From Gammaproteobacteria bacterium (GTDB lineage: Bacteria; Pseudomonadota; Gammaproteobacteria; GCA-001735895), in the NCBI GenBank assembly GCA_050298595.1, contig JBNKUM010000080.1:1-18735 (forward strand): DNA of 18,735 nt, given 5' to 3'. The notes beneath the pieces are model-generated. The model was not told the DNA's origin. It worked only from the letters and a program-made list of their open reading frames with translations, and made no database searches. Position numbers and translations under genes: made by a program. This document shows positions 7,711 through 18,136 of this stretch, piece after piece; the first letter of the stretch is position 1; each line of letters opens with the position of its first letter.

Positions 7711-7826
7711 CTGCTCAAACCAGCCATAAACAAAGAGATTAGCCATGAAATGAGCCGCTGCAAAAAGAAAGCCCGCAATAGTATCCTAAGCCTATTGATT
7801 ATAAAAGCGCCTTAGGTCCTATTGAC

Positions 7827-7856
7827 GAAAAACCCGCTGCAAAGAGCGGGTTTTTC
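7827..7856. terminator. Intrinsic terminator downstream of the FmdB-family gene, potentially bidirectional
   Basis: Perfect 12-bp inverted repeat GAAAAACCCGCT/AGCGGGTTTTTC with a 6-nt loop. Confidence 0.8.
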
Positions 7857-7873
7857 TGAACAAGCTGCAAAGC

Positions 7874-8152
7874 TTAGCTGCAACTACCGCAGCCTCCACT
7901 ACTACAGCTATGGCCTGAAGTGTCAGCACTCGGTTTGGCGTCAGCCTTATCCGCCACATTGCGTTTGTTGCCCGATTTAAAATCGGTCTCATACCAGCCG
8001 GAACCACTCAGTCGGAATCCAGGTGCTGATATCTTCTTCTTCAAACTCGAAGCACCGCACTTCGGGCAATCGGTTAGTGGTGCATCACTCATCTTTTGAA
8101 GCGCATCCAGCGTTTCATCACAAGCTTCACAGATATACTCATAAATTGGCAT
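7874..8152 (-). CDS. FmdB-family zinc ribbon protein
   Basis: MPIYEY-C-x2-C...CP-x-C, GSGWYETDF, Ser/Gly/Cys-rich tail; typical position upstream of aspS. Confidence 0.93.
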   Translation of the reverse strand: MPIYEYICEACDETLDALQKMSDAPLTDCPKCGASSLKKKISAPGFRLSGSGWYETDFKSGNKRNVADKADAKPSADTSGHSCSSGGCGSCS

Positions 8153-8231
8153 AATTAACCTCTGCCGGTAAAAATTGATCAGACAAAAAAATTTAGCAAC
8201 CTATAATATAAGCCCTTTGCGCCCCATTTCA

Positions 8232-9080
8232 ATGATGTACCCAAAATCTATTTTAATCACTGGATGCTCCACAGGTATCGGTTATACCGCTGCCCTCGGC
8301 CTGCAACAACGTGGCCACACAGTGATTGCCAGTTGCCGCAGGCCTGAAGATGTATATCGACTGAATCAGCAGGGGCTTAGATGTATCCAGCTGGACCTGG
8401 ATGATTCCGAATCAATCGCTGCAGCGGTTCAACATAGTCTTGAGTTAAGCAATGGAAGACTGGATGCATTATTCAATAATGGCGCCTTTGGCCTGCCGGG
8501 TGCGGTGGAAGACCTCAGTCGCGAGGCCTTACGCACACAGTTTGAAACCAATGTATTTGGCTGGCTTGAGCTCACCAATCAGGTTCTGCCGTTTATGCGA
8601 CAACAGGGTTCTGGCCGCATCATTCAAAACAGTTCGGTGCTGGGCCTGGTCGCTCTACCCTACCGGGGTGCCTATGCCGCCAGCAAATTCGCTATCGAGG
8701 GATTAACCGATACCCTACGTATGGAGTTAAAGGGGAGTGGCATCGATATCTCACTCATAGAACCCGGCCCTATCGAAAGTGATTTTCGAAAAAATGCGGA
8801 AAAAGCCTTCCACCGTTTTATCAAAATTGAAGGCAGTGCGCATGAACAAAATTACCATGCCATGCAGCAGCGACTGAACAAGGAGGGGCATGCCACCAGC
8901 TTCACCCTGCCAGCCACGGCGGTGCTCGAAAGGGTCATCCACGCACTGGAAAGCCCGCGCCCCAGGGCGCGTTATTATGTCACCACACCCACTTATATTT
9001 TTGGCTATATGAAACGCCTTTTATCCAGCCGAATGATCGATAAATTAATGCTCAAGGTATCGGGCGACGGAAAAAGATGA
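8232..9080 (+). CDS. Short-chain dehydrogenase/reductase (YbbO-like)
   Basis: TGCSTGIG, NNGA, SS, YAASK, EPGPI motifs. Start is more likely ATG 8232/8235 than TTG 8175. Confidence 0.92.
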   Translation: MMYPKSILITGCSTGIGYTAALGLQQRGHTVIASCRRPEDVYRLNQQGLRCIQLDLDDSESIAAAVQHSLELSNGRLDALFNNGAFGLPGAVEDLSREALRTQFETNVFGWLELTNQVLPFMRQQGSGRIIQNSSVLGLVALPYRGAYAASKFAIEGLTDTLRMELKGSGIDISLIEPGPIESDFRKNAEKAFHRFIKIEGSAHEQNYHAMQQRLNKEGHATSFTLPATAVLERVIHALESPRPRARYYVTTPTYIFGYMKRLLSSRMIDKLMLKVSGDGKR

Positions 9081-9853
9081 ACACAAAAGAAGTATTTAAA
9101 ACTCAGACCCAACATGGTCCAGTATGGATTAATCAGAAACAGGATATTTTGCAGTTAAAGTTTGACAAGCTGGCGACTCAATCAGAAATCAATGTGAACG
9201 AACCCCATCAACTGCGCATGAATAACCTGCAATATTTGATGAGCCTATTGTTATTTATCGAACCGCCACGCAATATCTTGTTACTGGGTGTTGGTGGAGG
9301 CTCGTTGATTCATTTCGTACGTCATTACCTGCCGCAGACCCACATTACCGGCGTAGAGTACGATGCTGAATTACTGCAAATTACACAGGATCACTTTATG
9401 TTACCCCCTGCGGGGCCATTCATCAGTTATCAGATAGCCGATGCGCGTGAGTACATAGAGCATTGCCAGGATAGCTACGACCTGATTATTGTTGATCTCT
9501 TCGACGCCTTTCAATCACCGAAATGGCTATTACAGAATAATACAATTAATCGCATGAAGGCCCTGTTAACACCCCGTGGCGCCATTGGCTACAACCTGCT
9601 CATCAATAGTGAAAAAGATTTTAAGAATTTTTACCAGCAGCTACGCAACAGGTTCCAGCGTCAGACATTATTTATGGAAACAGAGGATTATCAAAATATC
9701 CTTTTTCATGCGCTGAATTTTAAAGCTAAAAAAAGATCGGTGACCGAATATATGCAATTAGCCCAGCAATTACAGGAAACTTATCCATTGCCGTTTAATA
9801 AAGTATTGGCAACTATCTATTCTATGAATGCAACTGACTCTGGCATGCTCTAG
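9077..9853 (+). CDS. Spermidine synthase-like class I SAM-binding protein
   Basis: LLGVGGGSL glycine loop, VEYD, DAREYI, YDLIIVDLFD, L.P.G; ATGA overlap with the SDR stop. Confidence 0.8.
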   Translation: MNTKEVFKTQTQHGPVWINQKQDILQLKFDKLATQSEINVNEPHQLRMNNLQYLMSLLLFIEPPRNILLLGVGGGSLIHFVRHYLPQTHITGVEYDAELLQITQDHFMLPPAGPFISYQIADAREYIEHCQDSYDLIIVDLFDAFQSPKWLLQNNTINRMKALLTPRGAIGYNLLINSEKDFKNFYQQLRNRFQRQTLFMETEDYQNILFHALNFKAKKRSVTEYMQLAQQLQETYPLPFNKVLATIYSMNATDSGML

Positions 9854-9880
9854 CCAGGCAGCCTTATTTAGATACCCATT

Positions 9881-10195
9881 TTACTGGTTTTTAGAGCCAT
9901 CCTGGCACAAGGGCGAATCGGCAACCTTACCACCTTTATCAAACCACTCCTGCGGAGTCATGGTATGTAAGGCCAGTGCATGGATCTGCTGTAACTCGGA
10001 TTCAAGCACCTTATTGACCATGCGATGACGCTTGATCAGCATCATGCCATCAAACTGATTGCTGGCGATAGTCACCTTAAAATGTGATTCAGAGCCAGGC
10101 GTTACATTATGCATATGGCTTTCATTTTCCACCTGAAGAAAGTCGGGGGAAAAAGCCTGTTGCAGTTTTGATTCAAGGATTTGCTGAATGGTCAT
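9881..10195 (-). CDS. bolA: BolA family protein
   Basis: NESHMHNV.PGSESHFKV, RHRMV, IHALALHT, SP.C motifs. Confidence 0.95.
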   Translation of the reverse strand: MTIQQILESKLQQAFSPDFLQVENESHMHNVTPGSESHFKVTIASNQFDGMMLIKRHRMVNKVLESELQQIHALALHTMTPQEWFDKGGKVADSPLCQDGSKNQ

Positions 10196-10224
10196 AGCGA
10201 TGTATTTGAGTTAAAAGCTTATTC

Positions 10225-12633
10225 TCACATAAGTTCTTTGATGGTATCCCGCACATCTTTCATGGTTTGGAAACGCCTATCTATATCTGCTGCCATCATT
10301 TTTTCCACCAGCATACTGACACCCACCTTTACCCCCATATCCAGCCGGAACAAGGGCACAGCCTTACCTTCGATATGCTGAAACAGCAATGACATTGGCT
10401 CACCTTTATAAGGCGGACTGCCACTGAACATCGTGTAGGCAATGATACCAAGGGCATAGATATCAGAACGATGATCCGCAGCAAATCCTTTGGCGCGCTC
10501 TGGTGATAGATAAGCAGGCGTACCGATAATCATACCGGTTTTGGTCAGGGTAGCATCGGTTTCAGAGGTTGCCGAAGCAATACCAAAGTCCACAACCTTA
10601 GCCAGGCCAGCATCGTTTATCAGAATATTGCTAGGCTTCAGGTCTCTATGAATAACATGTTTCTGATGCGCTTCGAACATGCCATCACTCACCTGATACA
10701 GGATATCCAGTGATTGCTGCTGAGACTTAAGCATTTGATGCTTGATCATATAGTCCAGCCCAATACTTTCAAAATACTCCATAGAGATAGCCGAGATGCC
10801 ATCCTTCACCAGGAAGTCATGGATACGAATGACATTCGGATGACTGATCTTGCGAGAGTATTTTAACTCGCGTAAAAACCGCTCACGCGCTCTTCCATCA
10901 CTGGTCAGCTCTGGATGCATAAATTTGAGGATCATCGTTTCGCCGACGGTTTCATCTTCCACCAGCATGACCCTGCCCATAGCACCGCGTCCGACTTCCC
11001 TGATGATCTTGTATCGATCCATCCAGAAGTCACCCTCTTTCAACTCTTCGATATGCTGAAAACTGACGACCTCGGTTTTTTCCTGCTCCATTGCCTGAGC
11101 AGTGCCGCCACTGGCGTGATAATATTTATCCTTATTTTCTTCAATCTTAGTCAGACGAGTTTCAAACATGGTACCTTCATCAAGATTAAGATTGTCTAAA
11201 TTAAACTTCTCAGTAATGCTATTGATCACTTCCAGCGCTGTATCTCGCACGGTCGCCTGAAGCTTTGGCACCATTTTTACGATACCTTCACGAACATTAT
11301 GCGCATGCCTTTGATTGACGATATCATCAATGGTACGTAAAGCCTGGCGCTGAATCGCTGCCTCTTTCATGCGCATACATCTGGAAGCAATTTCAAGACC
11401 TTTACTGAATCCCAAACTGGAAGTGGCTTTGAGCACTGCTATAGAAGACTCTGGATATTTTTCAATAACTTTGATTAAACATTCCAGAGCCCTTCTATTA
11501 TCCGTTTTACCGATTGCTTCAATAGCCTGTTCTCTGACCTGCCAGTTATCACTCATCATGGGCTCAATTAATTCGGTAATTTCGCCTGACTGTGTCGTGC
11601 TGTTGGCCGCTAATTGCTGTGCGGTATTTTTGACAAAATCGTTTTCATGACTGATCAACGATGCAGCTGCACGATAGAGATTATTATCGCCGTGCGTCAG
11701 CAACCATTTAACCGCCTGTTCCTTACCCCACCACTCATGCACATCAAGCGCGAGCAAAAATTTTTCAAGACTTTCAGAGCTTGTATATTCAACGACAATG
11801 TTACAGGCCTGTTCGCGCAATTCATCTGACTTGCCCGTCATTAACATAGTTAAAGAAGGCAGGGTTTGTTCGCTGGATTTCAGTCTCAGAATTTCAAACG
11901 CAGCTTTCTGATCTTCTTCTCGCATATCAGGAATAAAACGCACAATGGGAGATGGATCATATTCCACGGTCATATTTTTAAGATTTTTCAGGGCTTCGAT
12001 AATAATGATCTTGGACTTATCAGCCAATAACCGACTAATCATCTTCGCAGATTCAGGCTGATTCACTGCAGCTAGAAAGCGTATCAACATAATTTTGATA
12101 TCTGGGTTATCCAGATTATCGATATCAATACTTAATGCTGACATATCGGTTCGTTCAGCCTGCGACTGTGCCATTTTGAATAAGCGACTCGCATTGGCTT
12201 TATCCAGCCGCAGTGCATTCTTAACAATAACCTCAGGTGCTATATGGGCTTTTTGAAACTCCAGTATATCGATGATTTCAGTTTCAGAGCCATCGGACTC
12301 ATGTAACTTTTTAAACAGTTTGGAGGGATTAATCTGTTGCGATTCACTGAGAACATTTTTTGATGCTGCGCGTATCATAGTGGTTTCACTACTGAGGCCG
12401 TCCAGAAAGCGATCCTCTGTCCCCTGACTCAATACACCCTGACAGATTTGTATGAGAACTTCACCATGGGGGTTATCCGCGTCCGGAATAACTTCAAGAA
12501 TTTTTTCCAGTTGTTCCTGAGCCTGATCTTTGATTTTTTCTATCAACGCCAAACCATTTTCACTTTGCAAATCCTTGCAGGCAAAAAACTGTTTTAGAGT
12601 GCGGTTGAATAGTAGCGAGCCGAAAACTGCCAT
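10225..12633 (-). CDS. HEAT/ARM-like repeat protein with a C-terminal Hanks-type Ser/Thr protein kinase
   Basis: Kinase at about aa 540-800: GRGAMG, ILK, HRDLKPSN, DFG, GTPAYLSPE, SDIYALG. N-terminal helical repeats such as SDNWQVREQAIEAIG and KSDELREQAC. No obvious transmembrane segment. Confidence 0.9.
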   Translation of the reverse strand: MAVFGSLLFNRTLKQFFACKDLQSENGLALIEKIKDQAQEQLEKILEVIPDADNPHGEVLIQICQGVLSQGTEDRFLDGLSSETTMIRAASKNVLSESQQINPSKLFKKLHESDGSETEIIDILEFQKAHIAPEVIVKNALRLDKANASRLFKMAQSQAERTDMSALSIDIDNLDNPDIKIMLIRFLAAVNQPESAKMISRLLADKSKIIIIEALKNLKNMTVEYDPSPIVRFIPDMREEDQKAAFEILRLKSSEQTLPSLTMLMTGKSDELREQACNIVVEYTSSESLEKFLLALDVHEWWGKEQAVKWLLTHGDNNLYRAAASLISHENDFVKNTAQQLAANSTTQSGEITELIEPMMSDNWQVREQAIEAIGKTDNRRALECLIKVIEKYPESSIAVLKATSSLGFSKGLEIASRCMRMKEAAIQRQALRTIDDIVNQRHAHNVREGIVKMVPKLQATVRDTALEVINSITEKFNLDNLNLDEGTMFETRLTKIEENKDKYYHASGGTAQAMEQEKTEVVSFQHIEELKEGDFWMDRYKIIREVGRGAMGRVMLVEDETVGETMILKFMHPELTSDGRARERFLRELKYSRKISHPNVIRIHDFLVKDGISAISMEYFESIGLDYMIKHQMLKSQQQSLDILYQVSDGMFEAHQKHVIHRDLKPSNILINDAGLAKVVDFGIASATSETDATLTKTGMIIGTPAYLSPERAKGFAADHRSDIYALGIIAYTMFSGSPPYKGEPMSLLFQHIEGKAVPLFRLDMGVKVGVSMLVEKMMAADIDRRFQTMKDVRDTIKELM

Positions 12634-12650
12634 GTGATTTTTTTATAATT

Positions 12651-12684
12651 AACTATCGTGACTACGATTATAGCCACGATAGCT
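12651..12684 (-). other. Intergenic stem-loop between clpB and the kinase gene
   Basis: Minus strand AGCTATCGTGGCTA-TAATCG-TAGTCACGATAGTT, 14-bp stem with two G-U pairs; no U-tract follows. Confidence 0.55.
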
Positions 12685-12711
12685 GGTATAACCCAACCAA
12701 ATTGATATGTA

Positions 12712-15285
12712 TCAGCTAAATTTAAACACTTTATTTTCATCAACATCAATATTAACGGTGCTTCCTGGCAGAAATTGTCCTGACAATATTGCCTGAGCCA
12801 GTGGATTCTCAATACATTGCTGGATTTCACGTTTTAGCGGTCTGGCCCCATAAACCGGATCAAAACCTACCTTACCCAACTCATCCAGCGCGGCATCACT
12901 GATCAGCATGCCCAGGTGCTTATCCTGTAAACGCTGTTTAAGATAACCGAGCTGGATAGCTGCGATCACTCTAATTTCATCTTTACCTAATGGATGGAAT
13001 ACAACCGTTTCATCAATACGGTTAACAAACTCTGGTCGAAAATAATTTCCGATAGTACGCATCACCGCGGCTTTCATGGCGGCATAATTTTCTTCACCGG
13101 CCATGCTTTGAATCTCTTCCGAGCCGAGATTAGAGGTCATGACGATAACGGTATTTCTAAAGTCAACCGTACGCCCCTGACCATCAGTCAGGCGTCCATC
13201 ATCCAGCACCTGAAGCAGAATATTGAATACGTCAGGATGGGCTTTTTCCACTTCATCCAGTAACACCACTGAGTAAGGACGACGGCGTACCGCTTCGGTC
13301 AGATAACCGCCTTCTTCATAACCCACATAACCCGGAGGTGCGCCCACCAAACGCGCTACGCTGTGCTTCTCCATAAATTCAGACATATCGATACGCACGA
13401 TGGCATCTTCGGTATCGAACAGGAATTCTGTCAGGGCCTTGGTTAACTCGGTTTTACCTACACCGGTAGGCCCCAGAAACAGGAATGAACCATTTGGACG
13501 ACTGGGATCAGACAATCCGGAACGTGATCGACGTATCGCATTGGATACTGCATTCAGCGCTTCTTTCTGACCCACGACACGTTTAGCCAGCTGATCTTCC
13601 ATCTGCAATAACTTGTCGCGCTCAGACCCCAGCATCTTGGACACAGGGATGCCGGTCCAGCGCGAAACCACCTCAGCGATCTCTTCTTCACCGACCTTGT
13701 TACGCAGCAATTTCATATCCTGCATTTCCACATTGGCAGCCAGGTCGAGCTGCTTTTCCAGCTCTGGAATACGCCCATACTGTAACTCGGACATGCGTGC
13801 CAGGTCACCAGCACGTTGCGCCGTTTCCAGATCCAGACGTGCGCGCTCCAGCTCTTCCTTAATGTTGGTACTACCCTGTAGCGCCGCCTTTTCCGAATTC
13901 CAGATCTCTTCCAGATCAGCGTATTCACGCTCCAGATTATCGATCTCGGTTTCCAGGTCGGAGAGGCGTTTTTTGGAGGATTTATCACTCTCCTTCTTCA
14001 ACGCTTCGCGTTCAATCTTCAGCTGAATCAGGCGTCGCTCCAGCCTGTCCATATCCTCTGGCTTGGAATCGATTTCCATACGGATACGACTGGCAGCTTC
14101 ATCAATCAGGTCGATTGCCTTGTCAGGTAACTGCCGGTCGCTAATATAACGGTGTGACAGACTCGCCGCGGCAATAATCGCCGGGTCAGTGATATCTACG
14201 CCATGATGCAACTCGTAACGCTCCTTCAGACCACGCAGAATTGCGACGGTATCTTCCACCGAGGGCTCCAGCACCATCACCTTCTGAAAGCGACGCTCCA
14301 GAGCAGCATCCTTTTCGACGTACTGGCGATATTCATTCAGCGTCGTAGCACCTATACAATGCAACTCACCACGTGCCAATGCGGGCTTCAACATATTTCC
14401 CGCATCCATCGAGCCTTCTGCCTTGCCTGCACCCACCATGGTATGCAATTCATCAATAAACAGGATGATCTGGCCTTCCTGTTTGGAAAGATCGCTTAAT
14501 ACCGCCTTCATACGTTCTTCAAATTCACCGCGGAATTTGGCTCCTGCAATCAAGGCCCCCATATCCAGCGACAACAATCTCTTATGCTTTAGCCCTTCGG
14601 GAACTTCACCATTGATAATCCGTTGCGCCAGCCCCTCCGCGATTGCGGTTTTACCCACACCGGGCTCACCGATCAACACCGGGTTATTCTTGGTACGACG
14701 TTGTAATACCTGAATAGTGCGGCGGATTTCCTCATCGCGCCCAATCACCGGATCTAGCTTGCCCTGTTCCGCGCGTTCGGTCAGATCCAGGGTATATTTT
14801 TCAAGTGCCTGACGCTGGTCTTCAGCATTTTGATCACTCACTACCTGACCGCCACGCACCTCTTCTATCGCCTGCTCCAGTTTTTTGCGATCAGCGCCAG
14901 AAGATTTAAGTACATCGCTTAAGGTGCCCTTATCGGCCAGGGCCGCGAGAATGAATAATTCAGAGGGAATAAACTGGTCGCCACGGTCCTGTGCCAGCTT
15001 GTCGCTGATATTGAGTAATTTTCCAAGTGCGTTGGAGATATGCAGATCTCCCTCAGCACCCTGTACCTGCGGCACTTTTTCCAGCAATTCACTTAACTGT
15101 GAACGCAGCACATTTACATTGACCCCGGCCTTGCTGAGCAAGGGTCGCACCGAGCCACCACGCTGGTCTAACATCGACAGCATCACATGTACCGGCTCAA
15201 TGAATTGATGGTCGCGGCCAACGGCTAGCGATTGAGCATCGGCCAGTGCTTCCTGAAACTTTGTGGTTAATCGATCCATTCTCAT
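12712..15285 (-). CDS. clpB: ATP-dependent disaggregase ClpB
   Basis: Two AAA+ modules ([16 protein letters not shown]), long coiled-coil middle domain, [26 protein letters not shown] at 15291-15297 supports ATG 15285. Confidence 0.98.
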   Translation of the reverse strand: MRMDRLTTKFQEALADAQSLAVGRDHQFIEPVHVMLSMLDQRGGSVRPLLSKAGVNVNVLRSQLSELLEKVPQVQGAEGDLHISNALGKLLNISDKLAQDRGDQFIPSELFILAALADKGTLSDVLKSSGADRKKLEQAIEEVRGGQVVSDQNAEDQRQALEKYTLDLTERAEQGKLDPVIGRDEEIRRTIQVLQRRTKNNPVLIGEPGVGKTAIAEGLAQRIINGEVPEGLKHKRLLSLDMGALIAGAKFRGEFEERMKAVLSDLSKQEGQIILFIDELHTMVGAGKAEGSMDAGNMLKPALARGELHCIGATTLNEYRQYVEKDAALERRFQKVMVLEPSVEDTVAILRGLKERYELHHGVDITDPAIIAAASLSHRYISDRQLPDKAIDLIDEAASRIRMEIDSKPEDMDRLERRLIQLKIEREALKKESDKSSKKRLSDLETEIDNLEREYADLEEIWNSEKAALQGSTNIKEELERARLDLETAQRAGDLARMSELQYGRIPELEKQLDLAANVEMQDMKLLRNKVGEEEIAEVVSRWTGIPVSKMLGSERDKLLQMEDQLAKRVVGQKEALNAVSNAIRRSRSGLSDPSRPNGSFLFLGPTGVGKTELTKALTEFLFDTEDAIVRIDMSEFMEKHSVARLVGAPPGYVGYEEGGYLTEAVRRRPYSVVLLDEVEKAHPDVFNILLQVLDDGRLTDGQGRTVDFRNTVIVMTSNLGSEEIQSMAGEENYAAMKAAVMRTIGNYFRPEFVNRIDETVVFHPLGKDEIRVIAAIQLGYLKQRLQDKHLGMLISDAALDELGKVGFDPVYGARPLKREIQQCIENPLAQAILSGQFLPGSTVNIDVDENKVFKFS

Positions 15286-15320
15286 GGATATCACCTCTTC
15301 AATAAATTTTAACTATCGAA

Positions 15321-15349
15321 TAAATAGGTTTGATTTGCTTTATTTCAAT
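15321..15349 (-). promoter_or_regulatory. Candidate sigma32 (RpoH) promoter for clpB
   Basis: Minus strand ATTGAA-N14-ACCTATTTA vs consensus CTTGAA-N13-17-CCCCATNTA; clpB is an established sigma32 target in gammaproteobacteria. Confidence 0.55.
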
Positions 15350-15355
15350 ATCTGT

Positions 15356-16108
15356 TCAAGGGTTTTTATTGATATAGATCAGCGATGCCTGCCTACCCGT
15401 TACATTTTCGCGTCTATAGGAAAAAAATCGCTCGCGATCGCTAAAGGTACAGAACTCACCTCCTGAAATAAGGGTCACGCCTGCTTTATGCAAGCGTGTT
15501 CGCGCCAGTGAATAAAGATCAGCAAGATAATGCCCCGCTCGATTCTGTACAAAACAGGATGCGACTGCCGCATCTAGCTCGACAAACTGCATTCTAACCT
15601 CGCTACCCACCTCAAATTGAGCGGGTCCTATAGCCGGACCCAGCCAGGCCATGATCTGCTCATTCCTGGAGTGCATCGCTGCAACAGTTTTTTCCAGTAT
15701 GCCATTGAGCAGCCCTCGCCACCCTGCATGAGCAGCGCCGACTTCAGTGCCTGCGGTATTACACAGCAGCACTGGCAGGCAATCGGCGGTCATTACTACG
15801 GCGATGCGACCGGGGCTCGCGCAAAAAGCTGCATCACCTGCGCGTGAAGAGGCATGATCCAGATCGATCACATCGATACTGTGGGTTTGCTTTAACCATT
15901 CAGGTTCTGACGGTAGCGCCAGTTGCTCAATCAACAGCTGGCGATTTTGTGCCACAGCCTGAGCATTATCCTCAACATGATCGGCCAGGTTTAGAGCAGC
16001 AAAGTCCCCCTCACTCACGCCACCTGCGCGTGTGGTACAGAATGCCGTAATGGTCGAAACCGGTGCTGACCACTGAGCAGGTATGAGGTGCAGTTTACTG
16101 TTCGGCAT
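15356..16108 (-). CDS. pgeF: PgeF/YfiH family protein (peptidoglycan editing factor / purine nucleoside phosphorylase)
   Basis: TTRAGG, LNL, QTH, TADCLPV, HAGWRG, GPAI, CT, FFSYRR; lies between rluD and clpB. Confidence 0.95.
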   Translation of the reverse strand: MPNSKLHLIPAQWSAPVSTITAFCTTRAGGVSEGDFAALNLADHVEDNAQAVAQNRQLLIEQLALPSEPEWLKQTHSIDVIDLDHASSRAGDAAFCASPGRIAVVMTADCLPVLLCNTAGTEVGAAHAGWRGLLNGILEKTVAAMHSRNEQIMAWLGPAIGPAQFEVGSEVRMQFVELDAAVASCFVQNRAGHYLADLYSLARTRLHKAGVTLISGGEFCTFSDRERFFSYRRENVTGRQASLIYINKNP

Positions 16109-17045
16109 CCCGCTTTAGCACCTCAATCATGTTTTGCATATCAGACGGAATCTCGGCTTCGAAGGACAGCGCTTCACCGCTTACGGGATGATCAAAACTC
16201 AGGCGCCTCGCATGCAGGGCCTGACGTTTAAAGTGTCTCAACGCCTGCTCCAGCTCATCAGTCACACCGGCAGGAATCGAAAAACGACCGCCATAAACCT
16301 GATCCCCTAGCAAGGGATAACGAATATGCGCCATATGTACACGAATCTGATGGGTACGCCCGGTTTCCAGTCGCACATCGATCAGAGTGTGATTACGATA
16401 GCGTTCGGCGACCGTAAAGTGAGTCACCGCGGGCTTCCCATTTTCCTGTATCGACATGCGTTTACGGTCTACTGGATGACGCGCAATCGGCTCCTCTATT
16501 GTTCTGCCTGCAGTGATGACCCCACGCGCAATCGCGACATATTCACGCTTCACCTCACGCTGCTGCAAGGCATCTACCAGATTGCTATGTGCCTGCAACG
16601 AACGCGCTACCACCATCACGCCCGTGGTCTCCTTATCCAGCCGGTGCACAATACCCGCGCGCGGAAGTTGCTCGAGTTTAGGCTCGCGATAGAGCAGACC
16701 ATTCACCAGTGTACCTGATTGATGCCCAGCTGCCGGGTGTACGACCAGCCCTGCTGGTTTATTGACCACAAATAGATGCTCATCTTCGAACAGTACATCG
16801 AACTCTACTGGCTCAGGCTGGTCGAAGGTTTTCGTTGTTTCGGGAATATCCAGAGTCAGGCGATCACCCAGATACACCTTTTCGCGCGGTTTAACGGTTT
16901 TATCATTAAGCGTGATAAAACCAGATTTGATCCAGTCCTGAATTCTACTGCGAGAATAGTCTGGCATCATCTGGCTAAGCGCCTGATCCAGGCGAAATCC
17001 GCTGAACTGTTCTTCTATAGAGAGCTTGTGCTGTATTATTTTCAT
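16095..17045 (-). CDS. rluD: 23S rRNA pseudouridine synthase RluD
   Basis: S4 domain (RLDQAL...SRS), NKPAGLVVHP, HRLDKETTG, LETGRTHQIRVH, RQALHA. Confidence 0.97.
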   Translation of the reverse strand: MKIIQHKLSIEEQFSGFRLDQALSQMMPDYSRSRIQDWIKSGFITLNDKTVKPREKVYLGDRLTLDIPETTKTFDQPEPVEFDVLFEDEHLFVVNKPAGLVVHPAAGHQSGTLVNGLLYREPKLEQLPRAGIVHRLDKETTGVMVVARSLQAHSNLVDALQQREVKREYVAIARGVITAGRTIEEPIARHPVDRKRMSIQENGKPAVTHFTVAERYRNHTLIDVRLETGRTHQIRVHMAHIRYPLLGDQVYGGRFSIPAGVTDELEQALRHFKRQALHARRLSFDHPVSGEALSFEAEIPSDMQNMIEVLKRDAEQ

Positions 17046-17098
17046 AGACTGGTTATACTTCCCGACCCATTGTTTAACATGACTAATAGCTGATTCGT

Positions 17099-17860
17099 GT
17101 GAAAAAATTTGCGTTTATAGTATCAATTCTTGTGCTCGCTGGCTGCTCTACTGTGCCAAAGGACCCTACCGAAGGTTTAACGGCTGCCGAAATTTACAGC
17201 CTGGCAAAAGATCACATGGATTCTGGTAGCTATACCCTGGCAATCGAAAACTTTGAAAGACTGGAATCTCGCTACCCGTTTGGAGTGTATGCCACCCAGG
17301 CGCAGCTTGATGTTGCCTACAGCTACTATCTTTATGATGAACCTGCGTCAGCCACTGCAGCGGCAGAGCGCTTTATCAAACTACACCCCAGGCATCCATC
17401 GGTTGATTATGCCTACTATTTAAAAGGGCTGATTAACTTTGGACCTAAAGCATCAGTGCTGGATATCTTTTACGATCGCGACCCGGCCGATTACGACCGC
17501 AGCAAGCTTTTACAATCTTTTCAGGACTTTCAGGTACTGGTGAACCGATTCCCCGACAGCAAGTATGCACCAGATGCGGTGAAACGTATGGTTTATTTAC
17601 GCAATCAACTGGCTCGTGCCGATTTAAAGATTGCTGAATTTTACCTGAGCCGCAAAGCCTGGATCTCGGCTGCTAACCGAGCAAAAAAGATGCTGGAACA
17701 GTTTCAGGGCAGCTCTTCGGTAAAACGTGCGTTACAGATACAGCTACTAAGTTATCAACAACTTGGACTCAGTCAGCTTGAAGATGATACTCGACGCATC
17801 CTGGTCGATAACTATGGTGAACAGTCGGCAGAGGTGAGTTTACCCACTGAAGATTCCTGA
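17099..17860 (+). CDS. bamD: Outer membrane protein assembly factor BamD (lipoprotein)
   Basis: Lipobox LAGC, TPR motifs YPFG, HP.VDYAYY, FPDSKY; divergent from rluD. Confidence 0.96.
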   Translation: MKKFAFIVSILVLAGCSTVPKDPTEGLTAAEIYSLAKDHMDSGSYTLAIENFERLESRYPFGVYATQAQLDVAYSYYLYDEPASATAAAERFIKLHPRHPSVDYAYYLKGLINFGPKASVLDIFYDRDPADYDRSKLLQSFQDFQVLVNRFPDSKYAPDAVKRMVYLRNQLARADLKIAEFYLSRKAWISAANRAKKMLEQFQGSSSVKRALQIQLLSYQQLGLSQLEDDTRRILVDNYGEQSAEVSLPTEDS

Positions 17861-17974
17861 TTTCACAGCATGTCTACTGGTTTGCGAACGGATTTTCGTC
17901 CTTGCGTGCTGGACATCGGCGGCAAAGTCGTTGGAAGCCTTCAGGGACGTTTCATGCTATCCCTCCTCAAGGTT

Positions 17975-18136
17975 TTACATTTGTACCAAAGGAAGCATGC
18001 CTTCCACCCCTGAGGGGGTCTTGAAATACTTCGCCATCACGGCCTGAAAGTCGTCGTAGCCATCGTCGCTGGGACCACAGCAGGGCTCTTCTGTGTTGAC
18101 TCGAAAGTCTATGACCCTGATATCGTCCAGCTTCAT
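17975..18136 (-). pseudogene. Truncated 53-codon N-terminal remnant of an amidohydrolase-family protein (CouO-like)
   Basis: Not in the ORF track. MKLDDIRVIDFRVNTEEPCCGPSDDGYDDFQAVMAKYFKTPSGVEGMLPLVQM*; ATGA overlap with the marR stop; resembles ID.H.HAEEPC...DDGYD.FQA.MAKYF N-termini but lacks the HxH. Confidence 0.6.

Noticed and set aside
7584-8007. ORFs 7584-7778 and 7819-8007
   Set aside because: They overlap the aspS start, the fmdB-like gene or the terminator in alternative frames; no motifs
8175-8231. N-terminal extension of the SDR and a sigma70 promoter at TATAAT 8202-8207
   Set aside because: The extension precedes the usual SDR start; the nearest -35-like TTGATC is 21 nt away, so no promoter is called
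3517-17093. Many 60-140-aa antisense or alternative-frame ORFs inside metX, nadA, aspS, the kinase, clpB, pgeF and rluD
   Set aside because: Shadow ORFs of well-supported genes
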